Positions 48,735 through 60,610 of a DNA stretch of 64,000 bases are shown piece by piece. The notes under the pieces were generated by a model that saw only the letters and a program-made list of their open reading frames with translations, had not been told where the DNA came from and did no database searches. Source of the DNA: Octopus sinensis (lineage: Eukaryota); NCBI RefSeq assembly GCF_006345805.1, contig NC_042998.1, forward strand, positions 205,344,001-205,408,000. Reading direction: 5' to 3'. The first letter of the stretch is position 1; each line of letters opens with the position of its first letter. Made by a program: the position numbers and the translations under genes.

Positions 48735-49225
48735 GGGACCAGTCGATTAGATTGACCCAGTATGCAACTGGTACTTAATTTATCGACCTCGAAAGGATGA
48801 AAGGCAAAGTCAACCTCAGCAAAATTTGAACTCAGAACGTAGTGGCAGACGAAATACCTATTTCATTACTACCCACAAGGGGCTAAACACAGAAGGGACA
48901 AACAAGGACAGCCAGACGGATTAAGTCGATTATATCGACCCCAGTGCGTAACTGATACTTATTTAATCAACCCCAAAAGGATGAAAGGCAAAGTCGACCT
49001 CGGCGAAATTTGAACTCAGAACGTAGCGGCAGACGAAATACCTATTTCTTTATTACCCACAAAGAGCTAAACACAGAGGACAAACAAGGACAGTCAGATG
49101 GATTAAGTCGATTATATCGACCCCAGTACGTAACTGGTACTCAATTTATCGACCCCGAAAGGATGAAAGGCAAAGTCGACCTCGGCGGAAATTGAACTCC
49201 GAACGTAACGGCGTGCTAATGACTC
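48735..49225 (-). mobile_element. SINE family A concatemer (184-bp period)
   Basis: Junction GAAATACC|TATTTC at 48858/48859 and 49042/49043. Confidence 0.85.
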
Positions 49226-49898
49226 TAATGATGATGATGATAATAATAATAATTATTATTGTTGTTATTATTTCTACTCTAGACACAAGGCCTTGCAAAG
49301 GAGGAAGGTAGGGAGGTTGTTGATTATATCGACCCCAGTGCATAACTGGTACTTATTTCATTAACATCGAAAGGATGAAAGGCCAAGTCGACCTCGGAGG
49401 AATCTTACTATAATGGGCGTTATGTGCGTCTGTCTGTACCCTGTTCAAGGTCAAGTGGCCAGACCAGTGGTCACAATGTTTTTAGAGATTACGAAGGATG
49501 TAATCAAGAAAGTCTTTAGTGAAAATAAATGTGAAAAAGTGTGTTTATTTAGTGGACATTAGGGGTAATTGTTCAGTTTACGGGCTTAAAAAAAGTAAAT
49601 AAAAATTAAGGGGGATATAACTAATAAAAGAAGCAAAGGGAAGTCAACTTCCTACCATAATCGGCATTTTGTCCATCTGTCTATCTTTTCCCCTTTTTTA
49701 CGGTCAAACGACTGGACCAATGGTCACTACGTTTTTCGGGATTACGAAAGAGGTAATCAGGCAAAGATATGAAAAAGTACGTTTCTTGAGTGGATATTGA
49801 ATTTTGTATTCATAAATCACCATTAATTTTTTTGTTAAAATTCCGGCGACGAGGATTAAATCTGGATTCCGTCCACCACCATCCCCCGTACAGATCGT

Positions 49899-50763
49899 TG
49901 TTGATTATGTGCTACGTATGTCAGTTGATACCATCTCTGGCAAGGGCTTTGAAATAAAACCAAGAAGTTCCAGACACCCAGCTGAGTACTTGACAGACAC
50001 TGACTTTGCTGACGACATCGCTCTTATCAGTGATTCTCTCTCCAATGCCCAGTCTCTTTTACAATCTCTTGAACAAGCCTCAAATTGTGTAGGTCTTTAC
50101 CTCAATGAGGCCAAAACTGAATACATAAACAAGTGCCTGTCCAACAGTGATTGCATCATCCACACTCTCAACAGTGCACCTTTAAATATGGTTTCTGATT
50201 ATAAATATCTTGGGTCATACATATCATCATCTGGAAAAAGACTTTCTAACTAGAAAGGGTATGGCCTGGTCAGCCTGTAATGACATGCATAAGATCTGGT
50301 CATCAAATCTAAGTAGAGACTTCAAACTTGAAATATTCAAAGCCACAGTCGAACCAATCCTACTATATGGCTCAGAAACCTGGACGTTATCAAAGAAGCT
50401 TGAGAGGCGGTTGGATGGAACCTACACTCGCCTCCTTATGAGAGCTCAAAATCTCTCGTGGAGGCGCCATCCAACTAAAATGCAAATATATGGGAAATTA
50501 CCACCTGTGTCATCTCTTGTGAAAGGTAGGAGAGTCCAGTTTGCTGGACATTGTTGTAGAGCTGAAAAAGAAGTAATTTCTACTCTTCTCCTCTGGAAGC
50601 CATCTACTCGCGATACCAGAGGGCGCACACTCGCCTACCCTGATGTAATCTCCAGGGATACAGGCATCCAGCAACAGGACCTCCGTAATGCTATGATGGA
50701 CCGTGAAGTCTGGCGCAACATGGTAAATTCCATTGTCTCGACCACGGTCGAACAATGATGATG
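49899..50763 (+). mobile_element. 5'-truncated RTE-like LINE (second family) with a 9-bp TSD
   Basis: DTDFADDIALIS, YKYLGSYI, EPILLYGSETWTL, LQFAGH-like motifs; (ATG)n tail; ACAGATCGT duplicated at 49890-49898 and 50764-50772; one frameshift near 50235. Confidence 0.92.
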
Positions 50764-51310
50764 ACAGATCGTAAATTTAGAGGGTTTAGATTCGCGATAC
50801 AATTCCTTTATTTCTCATCGTAGATAGGCAGATTCCTAGATTCTACTCACGCATTCACAGCAAACAAGGCACAGGGCCTGACATTTTAGATCGTCGCTAT
50901 GAGATGAGCAACGGACTCCAGTAATTTGAAAATTAGTGTCGGCCAAAAAAATATCGACAAAATAGTTTTGTAATCATATTGATATCGAAAGAAATATGAT
51001 TCATAATTTAAACAAGGAAATTTGTGAACTTTGAACGTATAGGAATATAAACAAGCGTAAAATAGTGTAAACCGCTAAAATAAAAGTATATCTAAATAAC
51101 ATTTTTTCTTAATACTTTTTATGTAGTAGTCGAAGAAAGGTGTGGTTCTCGTTAGGAGTGGGCCACATAACCATTCATAATACAGAGGCTGGGAACCTAT
51201 TTTTTTCAGTTTGGAAGTGAATCGCCATCACATGTCACTTAGTCACAAACACATGTCATACAGCTGCAATATAATGCTGTATCACCAACAATAATGGGAT
51301 TTCTCTAAGA

Positions 51311-51511
51311 CAGTGGTTTTCAACCAGGGTTCCGCCAGTACAGTCCAGGGGTTCCGCAAGAAGTTACAAAACTGCTAAAATCGGCAGTAATTTTTAATTC
51401 ACCTGTACAGATATGTGTGCATAAGACAATTAAATTATTGCACAGGGGTTCCTCGAGCCAGTGGAATGTTTCCTTGGGGTTCCGCTCCAGCAAAAAGTTT
51501 GAAAAGCACTG
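51311..51511. mobile_element. hAT (Charlie-like) MITE, 201 bp
   Basis: Termini CAGTGGTTTTCAA ... TTGAAAAGCACTG; perfect 8-bp TSD CTCTAAGA. Confidence 0.9.
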
Positions 51512-51814
51512 CTCTAAGACATCACCCAGTAATCTATCAAGTCTATTTATACATTTCCCAATACATATATTGCTGTTATGACTTTTTCCCTCATTTTATG
51601 CCTCCATCGTAGATGGGAAGATTTGCTAATAATAATAATAATGATGATAATAATAATAATAATAATAATAATAACCCGGCTATGGAAAATGAAGAAGGTG
51701 AAGATAGTGCGAATTATTGTTGGGTCCTTGGGAACAGTATCAGAAGGCATCAAGGGGAATATAAAGGAAATTGGAATAGAGAGCCCAGTAGAACTGTTAC
51801 TGGAGCAAATTGAC

Positions 51815-52172
51815 AACCCCTTAAAGAATGTTTGAGCGGTCCAAAGAGTTGGTAGTCGGGAGGGGTGTTCCAGCAACTCAAATCCCAAGTTTTCAATCGT
51901 TCCACCGGTGTGGCCGACTCTATGTGGGCGTGCATTGCTTTGACTATAGACCCCAGGATTTAGTGTGAATTGCTTGTTTCAGTTCGTTGCTCAGCATTTC
52001 ATTGGGGTCGATACGACTGACTGTAGACTTATTTTCCTGGTAATGTTCCCGTGTATGCTCTTTTGCGTCCCCCAAAACGGTTAGCATCACTTTTTATGCG
52101 GAAGTTTGGGTCCCGAATCTCTTTTTTGCTGGTGATTTCTGGTATCACTACCCCATGCTCTGGTTCAGAGTA
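51815..52172 (-). mobile_element. Mariner transposase relic (second family)
   Basis: KSPAKKRFGTQTSA.KVMLTV..DAK, NARPH, LGFELLEHP, DYQLFGPLKHSLRG motifs. Confidence 0.8.
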
Positions 52173-52184
52173 CGCACGTACGTA

Positions 52185-52335
52185 CATACGTACGTATGTA
52201 TGTATGTATGTATGTATGTATGTATGTATGTATGTATGTATGTATGTATGTATGTATGTATGTATGTATGTATGTATGTATGTATGCATATATGTATGTA
52301 TGTATGTATGTGTGCGTGTGTATGTATGTGTGTGT
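52185..52335. repeat. (TATG)n microsatellite
   Basis: Long, nearly pure ATGT tract; source of the YIHT/CMYV ORFs. Confidence 0.97.
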
Positions 52336-53532
52336 GTACATGTACATATATGCATATTATGTAACACTTTTGTATCTGTAAGCCTTGTTCATAAGAACAA
52401 GAATACATAGAAACACAAAAAAGATTCATTTAAGGCTTTTTATCATGTATTGAGTTCTTTGTTCGGTTAATATTTATTGCTTTTACTTATGAACACATCT
52501 GGTTGGTCTACCAACCTACCTGTCCACGTATTCCCGCATATGCATACACATACGCACACACATTATATGGAGACACAGAAAATAATTTGTGTGTGTGTTT
52601 GGCTGCGTACGTATTGTATGACATGTCGTTGATATATTATCTTTATCTGGAAGGCCTTCTATGTGCTGGTGTAATCAGGTAAAACATACTGGTTCCTGTA
52701 TGTTTTCGCAGTGACGAACTGTCTTCAGTAATAAGACATTTATTTTCCGACAGACAGAATAACTTGCTCTATTGCTTAGATACGTCTGTTTAGCTGTGGC
52801 GGATTAACTAAAATAAATTGTCATTGATCACGACTGTGAAGCGAAGTTGTTAATCTTTCGGAGTTAAGACGAAAACAAAATAGGCGATGGCGGGGTGGAA
52901 GGTGGAAGATAAAATAACAAGACGGGTAGAAAATAAAGTGGTGTACATGAGGAATAGGTTAGAAAGAGTTTTAGAGAGAATTAGTGGCGACTGGATGGGT
53001 GAGGCAGACGAGAAGGTTGTCTGTTTGGAGGGAGGGTGGCAATATCGAACTTATAAAACTGAAATATACTCACGTCCTCTAGTATCGATTTTCTGGAGTG
53101 AATCAATGGAGTTGTGAGGTTACCGAACAAAATGGAATATCGATGGTTCGCATATCCTCATGGATACTTAACTGCCATTAATTTAATCAGTCTAATGGTG
53201 GAGAACTAGCAGAGGTAGGTAGATCTTGTCCCTGTCGGCAGCTGGTAGCCGGAGTGCAGGGTATTTTACGTTCGATCGTGTCGAGTTCGAATTCTCTCTT
53301 CGAGTTTGGGACTTTGACAGAAACGGCCAAAACATGGGCCAGTTTCACACGAGTAACACCCTTAACTGGACATGGATATGTAACTTCACATCCGTAACTA
53401 AAAGGTCAACGGAAAGAAAGCAAAAAACAAATGAGATGAAACAAGGTGTAAGGATGTACGAGTTTCACCAGTTTTTCTTTTAACAACTAAACATTTTAAT
53501 CCGATATATTTTTATCGGCTTCAAATATATAT

Positions 53533-54168
53533 TCTTTTATTTGTTTCAGTAATTTGACAGTGGCCATGCTGGAGCATCGCCTTTAGTTGAACAAATCGAC
53601 CCCAGAACTTATTCTTTGTAAGCTTAGTACTTATTCCATCGGTCTCTTTTGCCGAACCGCTAAGTTACGGGGACGTGAACACACCAACATCGGTTGTCAA
53701 GCGGCGGTGGTGTGGGAACAAACACAGACACACAAACATACACACACACTCTCTCAAGAACACTCTCTTTTACTCTTTACTCTTTTACTTGTTTCAGTCA
53801 TTTGACTGCGGCCATGCTGGAGCACCGCCTTTAATCGAGCAACTCGAACCCGGGACTTATTCTTTTGTAAGCCCAGTACTTATTCTATCGGTCTCTTTTG
53901 CCGAACCGCTAAGTAACGGGGACATAAACACATCAGCATCGGTTGTCAAGCAATGCTAGGGGACAAACATATACACACAAACACACACACGCATATATAT
54001 ATATATACATATATACGACGGGCTTCTTTCAGTTTCCATCTACCAAATCCACTCACAAGGCTTTGGTCGGCCCGAGGCTATAGTAGAAGACACTTGCCCA
54101 AGGTGCCACACTGTGGGACTGAACCCGGAACCATGTGGTTGGTAGACAAGCTACTTACCACACAACCA
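53533..54168 (-). mobile_element. SINE family B plus a tandem extra 3' half
   Basis: Two successive TTGTTTCAGT..TTTGAC..GCCATGCTGGAGCA 3' modules. Confidence 0.8.
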
Positions 54169-54270
54169 CATGTATATATACGACGTGCTTCTTCCAGTTT
54201 ATACATATACATCGCTAGTATCGAACAGTGAGAATGAGTGATCAACGCCACATTGGTGGATAGACATTGT

Positions 54271-54488
54271 TTATTTGTGGCTTAACAAAGCAACCAATGG
54301 TTTCATGTAGCGATAAATCTCCCAACAATGATCAATCCTAACATGTGGGAACGTTGGTACTCATCTGCATTTTGGATGAGAATATAAAATGAAGACCCAT
54401 ACTGACGTTCCCATGTGGCAAGGCTTCATAATTGTTCAGAGATTCCTCTTTGCATGAAACCATTGGTAGCCTTGTTAACTCACAAAAA
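54271..54488. repeat. Old imperfect foldback (MITE-like)
   Basis: Nested matching arms ACCAATGGTTTCATG/CATGAAACCATTGGT, GGGAACGT/ACGTTCCC and CTCATC/GATGAG. Confidence 0.7.
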
Positions 54489-54507
54489 AGTATGTGTGCG
54501 CGTGTAT

Positions 54508-54555
<48 letters not shown>

Positions 54556-54992
54556 TATTTGTCAGAAGCAACTGAGTGATTGAAGGACTGAGAGTTTCGC
54601 TCGTTAGCTCTTATCAACACACGAAACTCTCAGCCGTTGAGTCACTCTGTTACATCTGCAAATATTAAGAAATATATATATATATACTCTTTCTACGGAA
54701 GCAGGACAGACAAACCATAAGAGGGAAAGGAATGTGTTTATAAGAAAAATTGCCTGTGTGCTGGACAACCGGTGTTGGTGTGTTTATGACCCCCGTAACT
54801 TAGCAGCTCGGCAAAAGAGTCCGACAGAATAAGTATTCGGCTTTAGAAAAAATGTCCTGGGGTCGATTCATTCGACTAAAATTCTTCTAGGCGGTGCCCC
54901 AGTATGGCCGCAGTCAAATGACTGAAACAAGTAAAAGATAAAAGAGATCATCTTTCGCCAGATGAGAGGAACTCTGGAACCTCCATTAGACA

Positions 54993-55365
54993 TTACACAC
55001 ACACACTTACACACACACTCACACACACACACACACTCACACACACACTCACACACACACACTTACATTCACACTCACACACACACACACTCACACACAC
55101 ACTCACACACACACTCACACACACTCACACACACACACACTCACACACACACTCACACATTCACACACTCACACACTCAACACACACACACACACTCACA
55201 CACACACACACATACGCGCATATACACTCTATACATACGTACGCACGCATACACACACGCGCGCGCGCGCGCACGCTGCTCTCTTCGTCGTCATTGCTGA
55301 AACAAACAAGCACGTGCGCACACGTATACACACGTGCGCACACGCACACGCGCGCGCGCGCAGAG
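54993..55365. repeat. Compound (CA)n/(CACT)/(CG)n microsatellite region
   Basis: Directly visible in the sequence. Confidence 0.95.
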
Positions 55366-55422
55366 TCATGTGTTGTGATTAACATTTACTGTCAATTGAT
55401 TAGATGCTCTTGATCATTTACG

Positions 55423-55454
<32 letters not shown>

Positions 55455-56070
55455 GAGACACAGAGACACAGGCAAGCACTAGTAAAATTTAGAGAGAGAG
55501 AGAGAGAGAGGTGGGGGGGAAGCCGCTTGGTGACGGGGGGGGGGTGGAGGAGAAAGAGGCAGACTGGTTTCAGCTGAGATATTTCCCTGTGAAATAAACA
55601 GTCTGACGGCCAATTATTATTACTTCCGTATACAAATAGGTGGCACACACTGTGTGTGTCTGTGTGTCTGTGTGTGTGTCGCTGTGTGTCATTAGCTTCA
55701 CTGCTGACGTTGTGGCACATGCTGGGAACATGAACCCCCGACGCCTCCCCCGTTTGAAACCTTCCACACTGGTTGGAGGAGGAGGACGAGGAGGAGATGT
55801 TCGGCTTCGGTTGTTGCTGCTGTCCCTCGCTGCTGCAGCATTCGTTGCTGTAGTATTTAACTGTTGCTGCTGCTGCACGGGTTGTCTGTTGCTGCTGTAT
55901 TTAGCTGTTGCTGCTTCAGTGTTTGTCTGCTGCTGCTGCTGCTGATGATGATGATGATATCGTTGCTATTATGAGCAAAACGAAGGAACCACTCTGTGGC
56001 CGATCAGCCTGCTAGAAATAATAGCCTAACTTCTTTTACTTTATATCAGACTGAAGGAAAGATATATATG

Positions 56071-56299
56071 TCTTTATTGCCCACAAGGGGCTAAACACAG
56101 AGGGGACAAACAAGGACAGACAAACGGATTAAGTCGATTACCTCGACCCCAGTGCGAAACTAATACTTTATTTATCGACCCCAAAAGGATGAAAGGCAAA
56201 GTCGACCTCGGCGGAATTTGAACTCAGAACGTAACGGCAGACGAAATACCGCTAAGCATTTCGCCCGGCGTGCTAACCACTCTGCCAGCTCGCCGCCTT
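56071..56299 (-). mobile_element. SINE family A flanked by a direct duplication of about 118 bp
   Basis: Flanks 55949-56067 and 56303-56419 are near-identical. Confidence 0.85.
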
Positions 56300-56962
56300 A
56301 GTTGATGATGATATCGTTGCTATTATGAGCAAAAACGAAGGAACCGCTCTGTGGCCGATCAGCCTGCTAGAAATAATAGCCTAACTTTTACTTTATATCA
56401 GACTGAAGGAACGATATATCGAATAATTTATTTGTAAAGGTGAAATAAACGCCATAGATGCTTTGCCTCACACAGAAACTGTAGGAGGTACTCAGAGGTT
56501 TTGCAAGATCTTCTAAACCCATCATTTTATCAGCAGGTCTCAAAGATACAAGTGTTTCGCTCAAAGCAGTATAGTCGCACTCATACATAATATTACTGGA
56601 TTAGCGACAGAGTTCTTCTCCTTACGACCTCCATTCAGATGGACGGGTAATATATATGATGTTCTAAACACTGGTCATTTACGGTGTAATTTAAATTTTA
56701 AATCACACTATTTATATGTCTTGTCTACTATTCCATCATTTTTACATTTACTGATCGTTTTCTCCCAATATGAATCGCATACAACACGTGAACTGGACAG
56801 TTGTGCAATGTCAGATCAGACGTTTTGATGCAAGTCTGATGAAATGTCACTGAATCTAATCAACCACAAATATTACGTCACATTTCACGCGAACTCATTT
56901 ACGTGCAATGGCGTTCAAAACGGAGTGGTACCGAAACAATTGTATTTTGTTATACAGATGTG

Positions 56963-57002
<40 letters not shown>

Positions 57003-57037
57003 ACTTGTGTGTGTGTGTATGCGCAAGCGAGGATGTG

Positions 57038-57510
57038 GGATCTTTACCTTTTGACGTACAGATTTTTAAAAATGTTTGTAACTAAACACTTTCAAAATTC
57101 GGAGGACACTGGTAGAATGTGTCATATAAAGCATCTTTTACTCTTATCATTTTTGAGAAAAACTTGTATTTACGAAATTATTTCACGTTAAGGTTCTGGT
57201 ATTTCGGTAATTTCAACCAATCAATGACGTGTATTCAGCTGAATAAAATTACTGCTGTTTTTTGTCAACAACAACTATTGGTGGTGTATTTTTCGTTTGT
57301 CACTGTTATTTATGACATCGTTCGTGCGTTTGTACTGGTTTTAAGGTTTTAGGGTTAGGGTGTTAAGGTTAGGGTTAAGGTTTTAGGGTTGCGGTTAATG
57401 CTAAGAGTAAAAGATGTTTTGTAAGACACATTCTACCAGTGTCCGAAGTTTTAAAGCGCTTAGTTACAAAGAATTATTTTCTAAACCTGTCGGTCAAAAG
57501 GTAAAGATCC
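57038..57510. mobile_element. MITE with about 109-bp TIRs (GGATCTTT...), 8-bp TSD and internal degenerate TTAGGG repeats
   Basis: TSD AGGATGTG at 57030-57037 and 57511-57518; arms 57038-57146 and 57402-57510; a deleted relative lies at 62638-62774. Confidence 0.88.
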
Positions 57511-57842
57511 AGGATGTGTAGTAAAATGTTTACTTCGCAGCCACAAGGTTCCGGGTTCCAGCCCTGCCATAGCCTCGAGCCAACTAAAGCCTTGTGAGTA
57601 GATTTGGTAGACGGAAACTGAAAGAAGCCCGTCGTGTATGTATCAATGTGCGGACAATACTCCAGACCAAACAAGAATTAATTAGGAATGTTCGTTTATT
57701 AAAAAATACCCACAGCCACTGAACAGGCTATAAAAAACCATCAGTAATACCCGATTCACCTTTTAATATGAATTAATTATCGTAGAAAGTCTATTTGGGG
57801 CTCATTCTTAAGAAAACCAAAATTCGTGCAGCAGCTATCATC

Positions 57843-57975
57843 TGTTTACCAACCACATGGTTCTGGGTTCAGTCCCACTGCGTAGCACCTTGGGCAAGTG
57901 TCTTCTACTATAGCCTCGGGCCGACCAAAGCCTTGTGAGTGGATTTGATAGACGGAAACTGGAAAGAAGCCCGTC

Positions 57976-58053
<78 letters not shown>

Positions 58054-58268
58054 TGTTTGTGTGTCTGTGTTTGTCTCCCTAGCATTGCTTGACAACCGAT
58101 GCTGGTGTGTTTATGTCCCCGTTACTTAGCGGTTCGGCAAAAAGAGACCGATAGAATAAGTACTGGGCTTACAAAAGAATAAATCCCGGGGTCGAGTTGC
58201 TCGATTAAAGGTGGTGCTCCAGCATGGCCGCAGTCAAATGACTGAAACAAATAAAAGAGTAAAGAGTA
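57843..58268 (+). mobile_element. SINE family B with an expanded internal (TA)n
   Basis: Consensus copy, 5' slightly truncated. Confidence 0.85.
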
Positions 58269-58789
58269 TCTTATTTAGCCGACACCTTGTTAACATAGAA
58301 GAGATATGTTTTAAGATGATCTTTGGGAGGGAAACAGCACTCATTGATAACATTATTGTTCGACAGACTAATAAACAATCATTCTCTATAACACTCTCGT
58401 TATTATTATTATTATTATATCACTTTTTCGTGTCTCTCTCTTTTCTAACTCTCAAATCACATATTCTCAATGGATAAAAGCCTTTATGTGACCTTCACGT
58501 GCGACTGCCGGCTGAGCTTAGCTCATGAACGTTGGCCAATCAATCTGTACGTTAATGGATGGCGCTCTGAGCCATATTGCTACTTCAGAGACAAACCATT
58601 CTTATAACAGCGTGAAGAGCAGACATACTTCGCAACACAACTCCATACACTTTTGAAAAGTCTAATGCGAAATAGGTTCAGTCTATTCCGATATTTTAAA
58701 ATGTTTTCAAATTCCAATTCTGTTATATTCTCTATGCGTTTTCAACTTCATTCTATTTCTCCATTTGTTTGAATTAATAACAATCTCTG

Positions 58790-58835
<46 letters not shown>

Positions 58836-58849
58836 ATATATATATATAT

Positions 58850-58910
<61 letters not shown>

Positions 58911-58914
58911 ATAT

Positions 58915-60610
58915 ATAAAATCTCGGACATAGCCTTCACTGCCTCTGACATCATAGCAGCAATAAATGAGGTCAAATACTATTCTGCTGTAGGCCCTGAT
59001 AGATTCCCCACTAGTCTCCTGAAGGAAGGTAGACACTAACTTGCAGTCCCTCTGACCAACCTCTAGAGAAATTCGTTAGACTCAGGTTATATACCGAAAC
59101 AGCTTCTATCTCAGTCGGTCATCCCTGTTTTCAAACAGGGAAACAGATCCCTCGCAGTCAACTATCGTCCAATCTCACTCACCTCCCACATCATTAAAGT
59201 ATTTGAACAGGTGCTGAGATAAAGGATAGCTGGCTTCCTGGAGACCCACAAACTCCTAAATGCAAATCAGCATGGCTTTCGCTGTGTCAGGGACTGTCTA
59301 ACACAGCTCTTACACCACATTGAAGATGTACTCAAAGCCTTGGGAACAGGTTCGAACTCTGATGTCATATATCTTGACTTCAGTAAAGCGTTCGACAGGG
59401 TTGACCATAATATCCTACTCTCAAAATTGGCAAATGTTGGAATCTGTGGAAAACTACTACACTGGATTAAGTATTTCCTGGCGAGTAGAACACAACATGT
59501 TGTAGTTGATGGAGTCCACTCAAGCCCAGCAAAAGTCACCTGCGGTGTCCCCCAGGGGACTGTCTTGGGCCCGCTACTCTTTATAATTTACATAAACGAC
59601 CTTTCTAGTGTCGTACATTACTGCAAAGTGAAAATATTTGCTGATGACACTAAGCTCCAGCCAATCGTCAATGAAGAAACAGACCGAACTCAACTCCAGT
59701 CTGATCTATATGCTGTGAGTCAATGGGCAGACAGAAACAAAATGCAACTGTTTTGAGGGAAAATTTGAGCTGATGCATTTTGGAAGAAATTCCTCACTAA
59801 AACATACTCTCTTCCTTCAGGGGAACCGCTCACAACCTCTAACAATATCAGAGACCTGGATGTAATTGTTGATGACGATCTCAGTTGGAGTGCACGCATC
59901 AACAATAAGGTCGATATACCTCGTAGGATGAGCTCCTGGATCTTAAGAACTTTCCGGCCCAGAGAACAAGGCGTCACCATTTCACTTTTCTCCTCCTTTG
60001 TACGGCCACACCTCGAATAGTGATGCCCCTTGTGGTCTCCCCATACAAAACAAAACATCTCGAGGATCGAATCACCCCAGAGGGCATTCACTAAACAAAT
60101 TGAAGGCATAACTAATCTCGATTATTGGGACCGCCTCAAAGCCTTGAAACTCTACTTTCTCCAGCACCGCCATGAGTGGTACATCATTTATACGATCTGG
60201 AGAATATGCCATCAGCATTGGCCAAACAACCTGAACATTAGTTTCAAGGTTCATCCAAGGCTGGGACCACAGGCCATACGTCCCCTGCCCAATTCAGGAT
60301 TGCAGCATATAGGTACACTGCGACATAATTTCTTTTCCTCAACAGGCCCTGCCCTGTTTAACATTGTCCCAAAAGACATCAAAGAGGAAACGGATCCCAT
60401 CACCTTTAAACAGAGTCTGCACAGATTTCTTCAAGGAATACCAGACAAGCTGCCCATACCTGGATACAACACACTCAATAAGAACTCATTACTTGAATGA
60501 ACCATAAGCAAAACTTGACATTAAAAGGATTTAGATAATCCTATCAGGTGGTGTTATTAAGTTAGACATGGTCCGGACCAATCTTTGGCTGAAACATATC
60601 TAAGTTTTTA
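58915..60610 (+). mobile_element. CR1/L2-group LINE ORF2 relic (RT and C-terminus)
   Basis: NYRPISLTSH, NQHGFR, LDFSKAFDRVDH, GVPQGTVLGPLLF, FADD, VRPHLE motifs; stops and frameshifts. Confidence 0.92.

Noticed and set aside
48735-49225. CRISPR-like array
   Set aside because: These are 184-bp SINE units with no unique spacers and no cas genes, in a eukaryotic context.
49403-49890. Helitron starting A|TCTTACTATAAT
   Set aside because: The 5' end is suggestive, but I could not find a hairpin-CTAG 3' end.
52029-52429. ORFs of the YIHT/CMYV/THTH type here and elsewhere
   Set aside because: They are translations of (TATG)n and (CA)n microsatellites.
52695-52735. Minus-strand CTGAAGA-CAGT/ACTG-CGAAA hammerhead-like core
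   Set aside because: Stem I does not form and stem II is out of register.
55570-55878. Poly-Q/Ala/Pro ORF as a protein-coding exon
   Set aside because: Built from CTG/GGA triplets and running into a CA microsatellite; no recognisable domain or consistent splice frame.
57337-57398. True telomere or chromosome fusion site
   Set aside because: The tract is short, degenerate and internal to a TIR element with a TSD.
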